Shown in pieces: positions 46,238-54,002 of a stretch of DNA of 54,028 bases (positions are counted from its first letter, which is position 1; each line of letters begins with the position of its first letter). A program made the position numbers and the translations under genes. Source of the stretch: an uncultured Bdellovibrionales bacterium (GTDB taxonomy: Bacteria > Patescibacteriota > Minisyncoccia > Moranbacterales > UBA2206); NCBI GenBank assembly GCA_964438025.1, contig CAYTIK010000001.1, forward strand, positions 47,557 through 101,584. Direction: 5' to 3'. The notes below the pieces were generated by a model. It searched no databases and was not told the origin of the DNA. It worked only from the letters and a program-made list of their open reading frames with translations.

Positions 46238-46852
46238 TCAAGTTACAGATCGGATTTTTTCTTCGACTCTGTCCACAAATAGCCTTATTCTTTTCATCAA
46301 TTCAGACATGTCCAACGGATGAGGATTTCTCACTTTTGCAACTTCATCATCATTAAGCGACAGCAGTTCTTTGATGCTTTGCAAAAATTCATTCCCCTTA
46401 ACGTGTGTATTGCTAAGAACTAGTTCCTCGTGAGTTTTATGACTTCTGCCCTTTTTACTTTTTTGCGGTTTTATTCCTTTGTTTTGGGCAGCTCCGCGCA
46501 GAATACGCGCCGCTTCATTAGGATGCAAGGGTTTACCCTTAGCCGTTGCCGCTTTCCATAAAACATCCAGCATAAACCCCTGATCAGCCTTCGGATATGT
46601 GGCCAATTGCAACGCTAAGCCCTTGTCTATTTTGCCCACCAGGAGCAATCCTTGGATTTCATCGTTTAATTTCAGATACTTCAAAAGATTGTAAAGAGTT
46701 CCGGCGCCTTTCCCCATCTCTTCGGCAATTTCTTCTATGCCGTAGCCCATAGATTGAAATCTTTTAACGACATGCGCTTCTTCGATGGGAGACATGTTTT
46801 CCTGATTCCAGTTGGTCTTGGCGCTAATAACAAAAACCTCGCTATCCGTCAT
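46238..46852 (-). CDS. ParB/Spo0J-like HTH protein; N-terminal domain appears disrupted
   Basis: QENMSPIEEAHVVKRF...GYGIEEIAEEMGKGAGTLYNLLKYLKL matches ParB box III plus HTH. The RRWRAA arginine patch is encoded upstream of the first Met. Confidence 0.6.
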   Translation of the reverse strand: MTDSEVFVISAKTNWNQENMSPIEEAHVVKRFQSMGYGIEEIAEEMGKGAGTLYNLLKYLKLNDEIQGLLLVGKIDKGLALQLATYPKADQGFMLDVLWKAATAKGKPLHPNEAARILRGAAQNKGIKPQKSKKGRSHKTHEELVLSNTHVKGNEFLQSIKELLSLNDDEVAKVRNPHPLDMSELMKRIRLFVDRVEEKIRSVT

Positions 46853-47095
46853 TTCCTCTCGGATAAAACAAGAAATTACTTTAAGATTAGCCTTTTTTGC
46901 CGCCCTCCAACGTCTTTGGGAAGTTTAACTATTGATCCCACACGCGCCGTGATCTTTCCGTTTTCAAAAACACCAGGAATGTCATTCGTATTTATCATGA
47001 AACATAGTCTCCTTTCTCATTTTATTTGTCAAAGAAAACAAAAACATTTTGGCTAATTTAAGCACGTGTCTTGAGATAAGTCAACTTTTATCAAA

Positions 47096-47138
47096 TTTTG
47101 TGATAATTGTAATTTCAAAAGTTGTTTTTATCACAAAA
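47096..47138. promoter_or_regulatory. 11-bp inverted repeat upstream of the parB-like locus
   Basis: TTTTGTGATAA (47096-47106) / TTATCACAAAA (47128-47138). Confidence 0.5.
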
Positions 47139-47160
47139 AAATGGCATGAATTACTGCCAT
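47134..47160 (-). terminator. Terminator after the glycosyltransferase gene
   Basis: ATGGCA-gtaattca-TGCCAT followed by TTTTTT on the minus strand. Confidence 0.6.
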
Positions 47161-47193
47161 TAAAGATCTGAGGCATCCTTAACTTACTTTAAA

Positions 47194-48357
47194 TCATTTT
47201 TTAAAGTTTTTGTAAATCTCTAAAGTCTCCCGAGCGCATTTTTCCCAATTGAATTTTTCGAGCTGTCTGAAGCCTTTTTCCCGATAAGTTTGCTTTAATT
47301 CTTCACTGCGAGAAAATTTAGTCATGGCCTGGGCGATATTTTGCACATCGATGGGATTGACCAATTCGGCCGCGTCCCCCGCAATTTCCGGAATGGAAGA
47401 AACATTGGAAACAATCGCCGGAGTGCCGGTCGCGAAAGCTTCGAGCACGGTCGTACCAAAACCTTCATAGAGAGACGGCATCACAAAAAAATCCGCATTA
47501 TGGAACAATGGAACTAAATCGTCTCCGATAACATAGCCGGTAAAAATAATATCTTTGGCTAAACCTAAATCCTTGGCAATTTGCCGATATTCTTTAGCCA
47601 GCCAGCCTCTTTTTCCAGCTAGCACTAATTTATAGTCGCCAGCAATTTTATCTTTTTTATTCCTTTCTTTAAAAATTTTGAAAGCTTCAAGAAGACGCGT
47701 AATATTCTTAACCGGTTCCAGCGTTCCCAAGAAAAGCGCGTATTTGTCCTTGATAGAATATTTATCCAAAACTTTCTGGCGGCCTATTTCCGGATTTTCA
47801 AACATTCGTTTGTCAAATCCGCTATAGATCACTTGGATTTTTTCTTCCGGACATTTGAGAATTGACTGCAGATCATTTTTTATCGATTGGGAAACCGCAA
47901 TCACTTTTTCCGCTTTACTGACCATCAGGCTGATCAGTGCCTTATTTTTGGCTTGAAAAAGACTAGGGAAAACGTCATTTAACTTATAGACTGCCACATC
48001 ATGAATAGTCACGATGGTTTTTCCTCTATAGCTCACTGGAATCCGACTAGTGTGGGAAGTTGTATGGATCAAATCCAATTTTTCCTTGCTCAAAATCGCC
48101 GAACCTAAAATTTCGTTATATATTCCTGGCAAATATTTTTTATAGTCGGAAAAAGGATAAAATCTGATTTTCACATTCGGCTGAGAAAATTTTTTGACAT
48201 CTTTTTCCCGGACGCGGAAATCAAAAAACAAAACATACTCGTTTTCTTTGTCGATTTCCAAAAGATGGCGGATGAGCTGATACGTATAGTGGCCGACTCC
48301 GATGGCGTCGCCTTTTTCTGGATTTAAAATTGTTCTGGCATCGATACCGATTTTCAT
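47194..48357 (-). CDS. GT4-family (group 1) glycosyltransferase
   Basis: C-terminal EGFG...LEA..G.P motif: PSLYEGFGTTVLEAFATGTPAIVS. Confidence 0.85.
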   Translation of the reverse strand: MKIGIDARTILNPEKGDAIGVGHYTYQLIRHLLEIDKENEYVLFFDFRVREKDVKKFSQPNVKIRFYPFSDYKKYLPGIYNEILGSAILSKEKLDLIHTTSHTSRIPVSYRGKTIVTIHDVAVYKLNDVFPSLFQAKNKALISLMVSKAEKVIAVSQSIKNDLQSILKCPEEKIQVIYSGFDKRMFENPEIGRQKVLDKYSIKDKYALFLGTLEPVKNITRLLEAFKIFKERNKKDKIAGDYKLVLAGKRGWLAKEYRQIAKDLGLAKDIIFTGYVIGDDLVPLFHNADFFVMPSLYEGFGTTVLEAFATGTPAIVSNVSSIPEIAGDAAELVNPIDVQNIAQAMTKFSRSEELKQTYREKGFRQLEKFNWEKCARETLEIYKNFKK

Positions 48358-48405
48358 AAAATTGCATACGTCGTATATGTCATATATGACTTATACGACA
48401 TACTT

Positions 48406-50139
48406 TTACATTTTTTCTGGTGCAGATACGCCCATAAGCCTCAATGTTTCCGCCAACACTATTTTAACAGCATTTATGAGCTTTAGTCTAGAGCGGGAAA
48501 CTGCCAAATTATCCTCATCGATAACTTTCAAATCGTTGTAAAAAGAATGGAATTTATCAGCCAATTTTATGGCGTAATGAGGCAGTTTATGCACCGTATA
48601 ATCCTGAACTATTTCTTCCACTAATTCCGGAAATTTATGTAATTCTTTAACCAAGCTTAGCTCTTTTTCCTCCGCAATTTTAGCATAATCCGCTTGGGAA
48701 AAATCCAGATTTTTTTCTTGCGCTTTGCGCAAGATGCTGCAGATCCGCGCGTGCGCGTATTGCACGTAGGGACCGGTTGCGCCTTCCAATTTTATTGATT
48801 CATCAATGTCGAATTCTATTCTGGTTCGACTGGAAACTTTCAGCAAGGAAAAGCGGATAGCTCCCAGCGCGATCTCTTCAGGGTGTGGAGATTCGGGAAA
48901 TTTCTGCTTGATTTTTTCTATTACTTCCGCAATAAGTTTCTTGGCCGGAATAACATTACCTTTACGAGAAGACATACTTTCTCCATCTTTCAAAGAAACA
49001 AACTCATACGCCACATGAATCAAATTTTTTTTAAATCCTAAAAGTTCCAGGATTTTGAATATTTGCTTGAAATATAATTCTTGCCGGACATCAGCCACAA
49101 TAATGCTTTTACCAATTTTATATTCACTAAATTTCTTTTGCGCCAATGGCAAATCTTTCAGCCCATATAAAATACTACCGTCTTTTCTTACTAAAACAAT
49201 CACTCCCAAATTATATTCTTCCAGATTGGCAATAATTGCGCCCTCGCTTTTTTCAATATGCGCTTTACCTAAAAGTTCCGGCAGAATTTTCTTTCCGGCT
49301 TGTTCTTCTTCGCTTTCGTAAAAATAAACATCAAATTTTACCCCTAATCCTTCGTAAATGGCCTTGAATTCATCCAAACTCCATTGGCGCGTTTTTTGCC
49401 AGAGAGCAACTAGCTCAATATCCCCTCCTTCAAGTCTTTTTTGTACCAGTTTGAATTCTTCCTGATTTTGCGGATCAGCTTCTATTTTTTGCACCGCTTC
49501 CGAATAAATTTTTCCCAAAAATTCTGTTTTATTTTCTCTGGCGTCTAAATTTTCCTCTGGATGGAATTTTTCCAATGCCCACAGACATTTGGCAATGTGC
49601 GTTCCGGTATCTCCGATATAATTGGCCGCCATGACTTCGTTGCCATTTTTTCTCAAAACATTAACTAAAGCATCGCCGATAAAAACATTCCGCAGATGGC
49701 CGATGTGAAATTCTTTATGCGTATTGGGCTGGGAATATTCAATCATCACTTTTTCTTTTTTCTTTTCTAAACTTCCCCAATCGTTTCCTCGCTGATTAAT
49801 TTCTTCGATTTTTTCTTGAAAATATTCCGGTTTTAAATAAAAATTCAAATAACCTGGCGCTGCTACTTCGATTTTCTCCAAACTTAACTTTACGGAGTTC
49901 GACTCCAAATCGGAGTCGAACTCCGTTTTCAGCGTTGTTTTTAATGTTTCCGCAATTTCTAATGGTTTTTTTCCGACTTTTTTGGCTAAAAGCATGGCAA
50001 TATTGCTGGCATAATCTCCAAATTTCTCCTCACTGGGATAATCCACCTGAATCTCTTCCAATGTAAAATCCGGCCAAGCTTTAGCCTTTTGTAGAGCCTT
50101 AACCGCTTCCGTTAAAATTTTTTGGATTTCCTCTTTCAT
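48406..50139 (-). CDS. argS: Arginine--tRNA ligase
   Basis: SQPNTHKEFHIGHLRN (HIGH) and the C-terminal DALR anticodon-binding domain. Start moved to MKEEIQKIL. Confidence 0.93.
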   Translation of the reverse strand: MKEEIQKILTEAVKALQKAKAWPDFTLEEIQVDYPSEEKFGDYASNIAMLLAKKVGKKPLEIAETLKTTLKTEFDSDLESNSVKLSLEKIEVAAPGYLNFYLKPEYFQEKIEEINQRGNDWGSLEKKKEKVMIEYSQPNTHKEFHIGHLRNVFIGDALVNVLRKNGNEVMAANYIGDTGTHIAKCLWALEKFHPEENLDARENKTEFLGKIYSEAVQKIEADPQNQEEFKLVQKRLEGGDIELVALWQKTRQWSLDEFKAIYEGLGVKFDVYFYESEEEQAGKKILPELLGKAHIEKSEGAIIANLEEYNLGVIVLVRKDGSILYGLKDLPLAQKKFSEYKIGKSIIVADVRQELYFKQIFKILELLGFKKNLIHVAYEFVSLKDGESMSSRKGNVIPAKKLIAEVIEKIKQKFPESPHPEEIALGAIRFSLLKVSSRTRIEFDIDESIKLEGATGPYVQYAHARICSILRKAQEKNLDFSQADYAKIAEEKELSLVKELHKFPELVEEIVQDYTVHKLPHYAIKLADKFHSFYNDLKVIDEDNLAVSRSRLKLINAVKIVLAETLRLMGVSAPEKM

Positions 50140-50613
50140 GGCTTCATCATACCGCAAAAAGCAAAAAAAGTAAAAATAATCAAATAATTTAAACTCTAAA
50201 TCTATCCGATTCTTCATCTCTCGCTACTTCATTTAATTACCCTCTATCTTCCTTTTCTCATCTTAAAATTACGACACACTTTCAGCCTAGGCTAAAATTG
50301 TGTAGTAATATTTTTTGAGTAATATGCACTGTTATGCTAAGAATTGCAATAAGATCCTGCCCTACTAGACAGGATATTAAGAATCGAGGATTTTTAGTTA
50401 AAAACTGCTCAGCCTACTGACGGAAAAGTTTCTAAAAATTACCGAGAATTTAAAATTCTAAAGCTCTAACTTGCCTACCTCACCGGCAGATGGGCGGAAC
50501 CGAAAAACAAACTCGTGGGCAACATACCATCTGCTGTCGGACCTGGCGCCGTGGCCACTTCGGGAGTGTTGTGCAGGTCGTATTTTTGTTTGAGGAAGTT
50601 AGGGTTTTCCATA

Positions 50614-51198
50614 TTATTTATTTTTAAACCCAATTACTTTTGTCATATCGTCTTTTGGATTAGTTTTTAGAAATTTAGCGAGCACCTTAAAGACAATCTT
50701 GAAATTTTTATCGTATTTTCCTTCCATTTTTTCAATTTTTTCTTGTAGCTCTTTATGGGTCATCAGCATTTTTCGCATTTGCGTAAATGTCCGCATAATC
50801 TGAATATTAACCTGAACAGCTCGATCGGAATTGAGAACGCTAGAAAGCATAGCCACGCCTTGTTCGGTAAAAACAAAGGAGAAGTATTTTGAATACCTCC
50901 CTCTACCCCGACCTTTTTCTAAGGTCACAAATTGTGATCTTAGAGATTTACTATTGAAACTTGAAGTCACAAATTGTGACTTCAAAAACAAATCAGCTTC
51001 TTGTTTGTTTAACTGGAACATAAAATCATCAGGAAATCTTTTTATATTTCTTTTTACCGACTGATTTAAAACCCTCGTTTCTACTCCATAAAGTTCCGCG
51101 AGGTCTTTATCGAACATTACTTTCTCGCCGCGAATGAAATATATTTTTCCGATAATCCGCTCGTTAGGTATGATGGCTAATAATTTTTGTTTTGACAT
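50614..51198 (-). CDS. ORF6N (KilA-N-like) domain DNA-binding protein
   Basis: VMFDKDLAELYGVETRVLNQSVKRNIKRFPDDFMFQL ... FTEQGVAMLSSVLNSDRAVQVNIQIMRTF. Confidence 0.8.
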   Translation of the reverse strand: MSKQKLLAIIPNERIIGKIYFIRGEKVMFDKDLAELYGVETRVLNQSVKRNIKRFPDDFMFQLNKQEADLFLKSQFVTSSFNSKSLRSQFVTLEKGRGRGRYSKYFSFVFTEQGVAMLSSVLNSDRAVQVNIQIMRTFTQMRKMLMTHKELQEKIEKMEGKYDKNFKIVFKVLAKFLKTNPKDDMTKVIGFKNK

Positions 51199-51329
51199 TA
51201 GTTTTTTTTATCAATACTTTTTTAGCTCTAAGCGCCAAAAAATCAAACTTTTGACTATTTAAAATATAGCATAAATTTAGAGAAAAAACATACTTGCATT
51301 GCTTCGTAAGCAAGCTATATACTAAATAT

Positions 51330-51884
51330 ATGACTACCGTAGCCACTAATAAAAGAGCCCATTTCGACTATCTCATCTCGGATAAATATGAGGCGGGTTT
51401 GGTTTTGACTGGCCAGGAGGTAAAATCAGTTAGAGCGGGACATATTAGCCTTAAAGAAAGCTTCGTCACCATCAAAGAATCTGAATTATTTTTAACCAAC
51501 GCCCATATCTCTTTTTACAAGCAAGCGGGTGAGATAAAAAGCTATAATCCGACCCGCCCGCGCAAGCTGCTCCTCAAAAAATCGGAAATCAAGCATTTAA
51601 TCGGAAAATTAAGGTTGCTTGGCTTGACACTCGTCCCTCTTCGCGTGTATACTAAAAAGCGTCCTGCCCGCAATGTTTCGCCTTTAAATAAGAACTTTTT
51701 TAACAAAACACTTGGTTCTAATTCAAAAAAAGAGTACTATCCAGAAAGTAAACATAGCGATGCAGGCGGGCTACTGAAGCTCGAATTCGGTATCGGCAAA
51801 GGAAAAAATAAGTTTGATAAACGGGAAGATCTGAAGAAGAAAGATGCGGATCGAGATATGCGGAGAGCTTTAAAAAATTACTAA
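51330..51884 (+). CDS. smpB: SsrA-binding protein SmpB carrying a 36-aa insertion
   Basis: NKRAHFDYLI...EAGLVLTGQEVKS...LLLKKSEI...LTLVPLRVY...KGKNKFDKRED. Start moved to MTTVATNK. Confidence 0.92.
   Translation: MTTVATNKRAHFDYLISDKYEAGLVLTGQEVKSVRAGHISLKESFVTIKESELFLTNAHISFYKQAGEIKSYNPTRPRKLLLKKSEIKHLIGKLRLLGLTLVPLRVYTKKRPARNVSPLNKNFFNKTLGSNSKKEYYPESKHSDAGGLLKLEFGIGKGKNKFDKREDLKKKDADRDMRRALKNY
51663..51770. repeat. GC-rich hairpin element with a nested 72-nt AT-rich insert, in frame in smpB
   Basis: CCTGCCCGCAATGTTTCGC + 72 nt + ATAGCGATGCAGGCGGG. The ends match the 36-nt ileS copy (reverse complement) at 35/36. Confidence 0.85.
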
Positions 51885-51922
51885 CTAAACATCCGCTGTT
51901 TGTTACGCTTGTAGTGTGAGGG

Positions 51923-51958
51923 CCCGCCCGCATCGCTACGCGAAGCGTGGCGGGCGGG
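51923..51958. repeat. 36-nt GC-rich hairpin element abutting the tmRNA 5' end
   Basis: CCCGCCCGCATCGCTACGCGAAGCGTGGCGGGCGGG, 31/36 identical to the ileS copy. Confidence 0.85.
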
Positions 51959-52371
51959 GGTTGTTAAGTTTCGACAATTTGTACTTTCCAAACAAGCAAG
52001 CCGAGGATGATAATAGCTCGCTAAACCTTTATCAAAAGTTATAAGTGCCAACTTCATAACTAAAGCAAAATCGGTATTAGCTAACGCTTTTACCGCAAAT
52101 TTTGCCCTAGCCTTAGCCTAACCGCTTCCAAGCGGAGTTAAGGTTCATCGAATTGCCGATTTCTCATAGGCAAACCTCGGTGTCATATATGAGGATAGTC
52201 AAATAAGGCGTTCTAAACTTTTTTGGCGAAGCTAAATTTAGAAATAGATTGAGAAGGTTTTGTCCGCTTTCCACTTCCTAATCGAAGCTCGCAAGGCTTT
52301 AAAGCTGAATACGCTTGTAGAATGTTTTGAAAGAATAAATTTGGACGCGAGTGCAATTCTCGCCAACTCCA
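51957..52371 (+). ncRNA. ssrA: tmRNA (SsrA)
   Basis: 5' GGGGUUG...UUCGAC. 3' T-arm GCGAG-UGCAAUU-CUCGC and acceptor CAACUCC-A, giving a 7-bp stem with G3.U70. Tag ORF ends ...ANAFTANFALALA-UAA (52065-52121). Lies directly after smpB. Confidence 0.88.
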
Positions 52372-52382
52372 CTAATCATTAA

Positions 52383-52931
52383 ATTAAAACTATAAAAATA
52401 GGACCACGCAGATTTTTTACACAAAGAGCTCCACGCGAAAGGATTAATGAACAAATTAACTACCCACAAATCCGGGTAATTGATGATGATGGCTCGCAAT
52501 TAGGCCTAATGAGCTCTTTGGAAGCGCTACAAATTGCTAAAGAAAGAGAAACTGATTTGGTGGAAATTGCCCCTTTAGCCAAACCGCCGGTCTGCAAGAT
52601 CATGGATTATGGAAAATTCCAGTATCAGCAATCTAAAATCAAACAAGGCAGCAAAACCAAGCAAAAAAATGTTGAAGTCAAAGGCATCCGCATCGGTTTC
52701 CGCACGGATGTCCATGATTTGGAATTTAAAAAGAATCAGGCGGAAAAATTTTTAAAAAAAGGCAACCGCGTCCGAATTGAAATCCGGCTCAAAGGCCGGG
52801 AAAAAGCCCACCAAAATATCGCCCGCGCTAATTTGGAAGAATTTTTAAAAGCTATCGCCCTCCCCTATAAAAAAGAGCAGGAAATTAAAAGAATGCCGGG
52901 AGGGTTTAACACATTGATTACTCCAGAATAA
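52383..52931 (+). CDS. infC: Translation initiation factor IF-3; non-AUG start (AUU 52383, or AUA 52392/52398)
   Basis: The conserved N-terminal RINEQINYPQIRVIDDDGSQLG lies upstream of the first ATG (52509). The frame is open back to TAA at 52380-52382, with no ATG/GTG/TTG in between. Confidence 0.8.
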   Translation: MKTIKIGPRRFFTQRAPRERINEQINYPQIRVIDDDGSQLGLMSSLEALQIAKERETDLVEIAPLAKPPVCKIMDYGKFQYQQSKIKQGSKTKQKNVEVKGIRIGFRTDVHDLEFKKNQAEKFLKKGNRVRIEIRLKGREKAHQNIARANLEEFLKAIALPYKKEQEIKRMPGGFNTLITPE

Positions 52932-52956
52932 AAAATAATCCACAATTTTAGAATTT

Positions 52957-53154
52957 ATGCCTAAATTAAAAACCAACAAATCTGTCGCTAAAAAAGTCCG
53001 CCTGACGAAAAAAAGAAAAGTTATGCGCCGCATAACCGGCCAGAACCATTATAATTCTAAAGATAATGGCCGCGAAGGACGCGTCAAAAGAACGGATGTT
53101 CGGCTTTTTAAAGCCGACGAAGTCAATGTCCTTAAGGCGCTGCCTTATTGTTAA
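52957..53154 (+). CDS. rpmI: Ribosomal protein L35
   Basis: MPKLKTNKSVAKK...; operon position. Confidence 0.9.
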   Translation: MPKLKTNKSVAKKVRLTKKRKVMRRITGQNHYNSKDNGREGRVKRTDVRLFKADEVNVLKALPYC

Positions 53155-53187
53155 TTAAATTTTAAATTCTAAATAGATTTCATTGAA

Positions 53188-53203
53188 TCCGCCAGCTGGC
53201 GGA
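53188..53203. repeat. Perfect 16-bp palindrome TCCGCCAGCTGGCGGA between rpmI and rplT
   Basis: Identical to 21196-21211. Its 3' half overlaps a GGAG that could serve as the rplT Shine-Dalgarno. Confidence 0.9.
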
Positions 53204-53226
53204 GAAAATTGAAAATTACCGATAAT

Positions 53227-53574
53227 ATGACTAGAGTAAAAAGAGGCGTCGCCGCTTCCAAGAGAAGAAAAAATCTTTTAAAAGACGCCAAAGGCTACCG
53301 CTGGAAAAGAAAATCCCTCTATGCCGCCGCTAAACAAGCGGTGATTAAGGCCGGCAGTTACGCTTATCGCGACCGCCGCCAGAAAAAAAGAGCGATGCGC
53401 GCGCTGTGGATTACCCGTCTCAATATCGCCGCCCGGGAATTTGGCATTAAATACAGCCAATTGATAAAAATCCTCGCGGAGAAAAAAATTGGTTTAGACC
53501 GCAAAGTGCTTTCCCAATTAGCCGTCGAAAATCCCGCCATTTTCCAGAAATTCATGGAAGAGGTCAAAAAGTAA
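53227..53574 (+). CDS. rplT: Ribosomal protein L20 (alternative TTG start at 53209)
   Basis: MTRVKRGVAASKRRKNLLKDAKGYRW.... Confidence 0.9.
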   Translation: MTRVKRGVAASKRRKNLLKDAKGYRWKRKSLYAAAKQAVIKAGSYAYRDRRQKKRAMRALWITRLNIAAREFGIKYSQLIKILAEKKIGLDRKVLSQLAVENPAIFQKFMEEVKK

Positions 53575-53597
53575 TAACTAACTCATAAAAAATTACA

Positions 53598-53625
53598 AAA
53601 ACTCCGTAAAAAACGGAGTTTTTTA
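53598..53625 (+). terminator. Rho-independent terminator of the infC-rpmI-rplT operon
   Basis: ACTCCGT-aaaaa-ACGGAGT followed by TTTTTT. Confidence 0.8.
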
Positions 53626-53660
53626 AATTCGTTTGATTTTTTAATTTTCAGTTGTTTCTC

Positions 53661-53990
53661 TCATTTCAATAAATCTTCAATTTTCTTTTGAATATTATAG
53701 CCCTTACGATGTTTCAAAATTCCCAAATACGATTGCAAACTTTGGTTAAAAGATTCTTCAGAAATAATACTGTCTTTTAAATCTTGCCGCCTGTGTTTTA
53801 TTTTATTAATAACCCTTCTCTTCGTTTTTGTTCGTAAAACTCTATGCTGTGGCAAAACAATGTAGCCAAGAAAATCTATTCCTTGTCTATATTTCTTGAT
53901 CAAAATTTTTTCAGGATGCAAATTTAATTTTAATTTACTTTGCAAAAATTTATCAATCTCATTAATTAAGCCAAATAAATATCCCCGAGC
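53661..53990 (-). pseudogene. C-terminal part of a reverse transcriptase (RVT_1-like), cut off from its upstream part by a stop-containing hairpin
   Basis: ...LKLNLHPEKILIKKYRQGIDFLGYIVLPQHRVLRTKTKRR is the post-YxDD RT region. The frame is open only back to TAA at 53991-53993. The window ends at 54028. Confidence 0.6.
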
Positions 53991-54002
53991 TTACGCTCGG
54001 GG
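53983..54002 (-). repeat. 8-bp GC hairpin with a GNRA loop, inserted in the RT reading frame
   Basis: Minus strand CCCCGAGC-GUAA-GCUCGGGG. The loop contains the in-frame TAA. Confidence 0.8.

Noticed and set aside
50460-50590. SRP RNA or RNase P RNA in the GC-rich hairpins (also considered for 14327-14869 and 45941-46170)
   Set aside because: No GGAA-tetraloop/AGCAGC helix-8 motif and no GAGGAAAGUCC / ACAGAA..GGCUUA P4 motifs on either strand. The 45.9-46.2 kb region is explained by the T-box.
42999-51958. The GC-rich hairpin copies as a CRISPR array
   Set aside because: The copies are kilobases apart, in both orientations, inside genes, and not separated by uniform spacers. No cas genes are present.
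52299-52499. 66-aa minus-strand ORF
   Set aside because: It overlaps the tmRNA 3' end and the extended infC N-terminus on the opposite strand.
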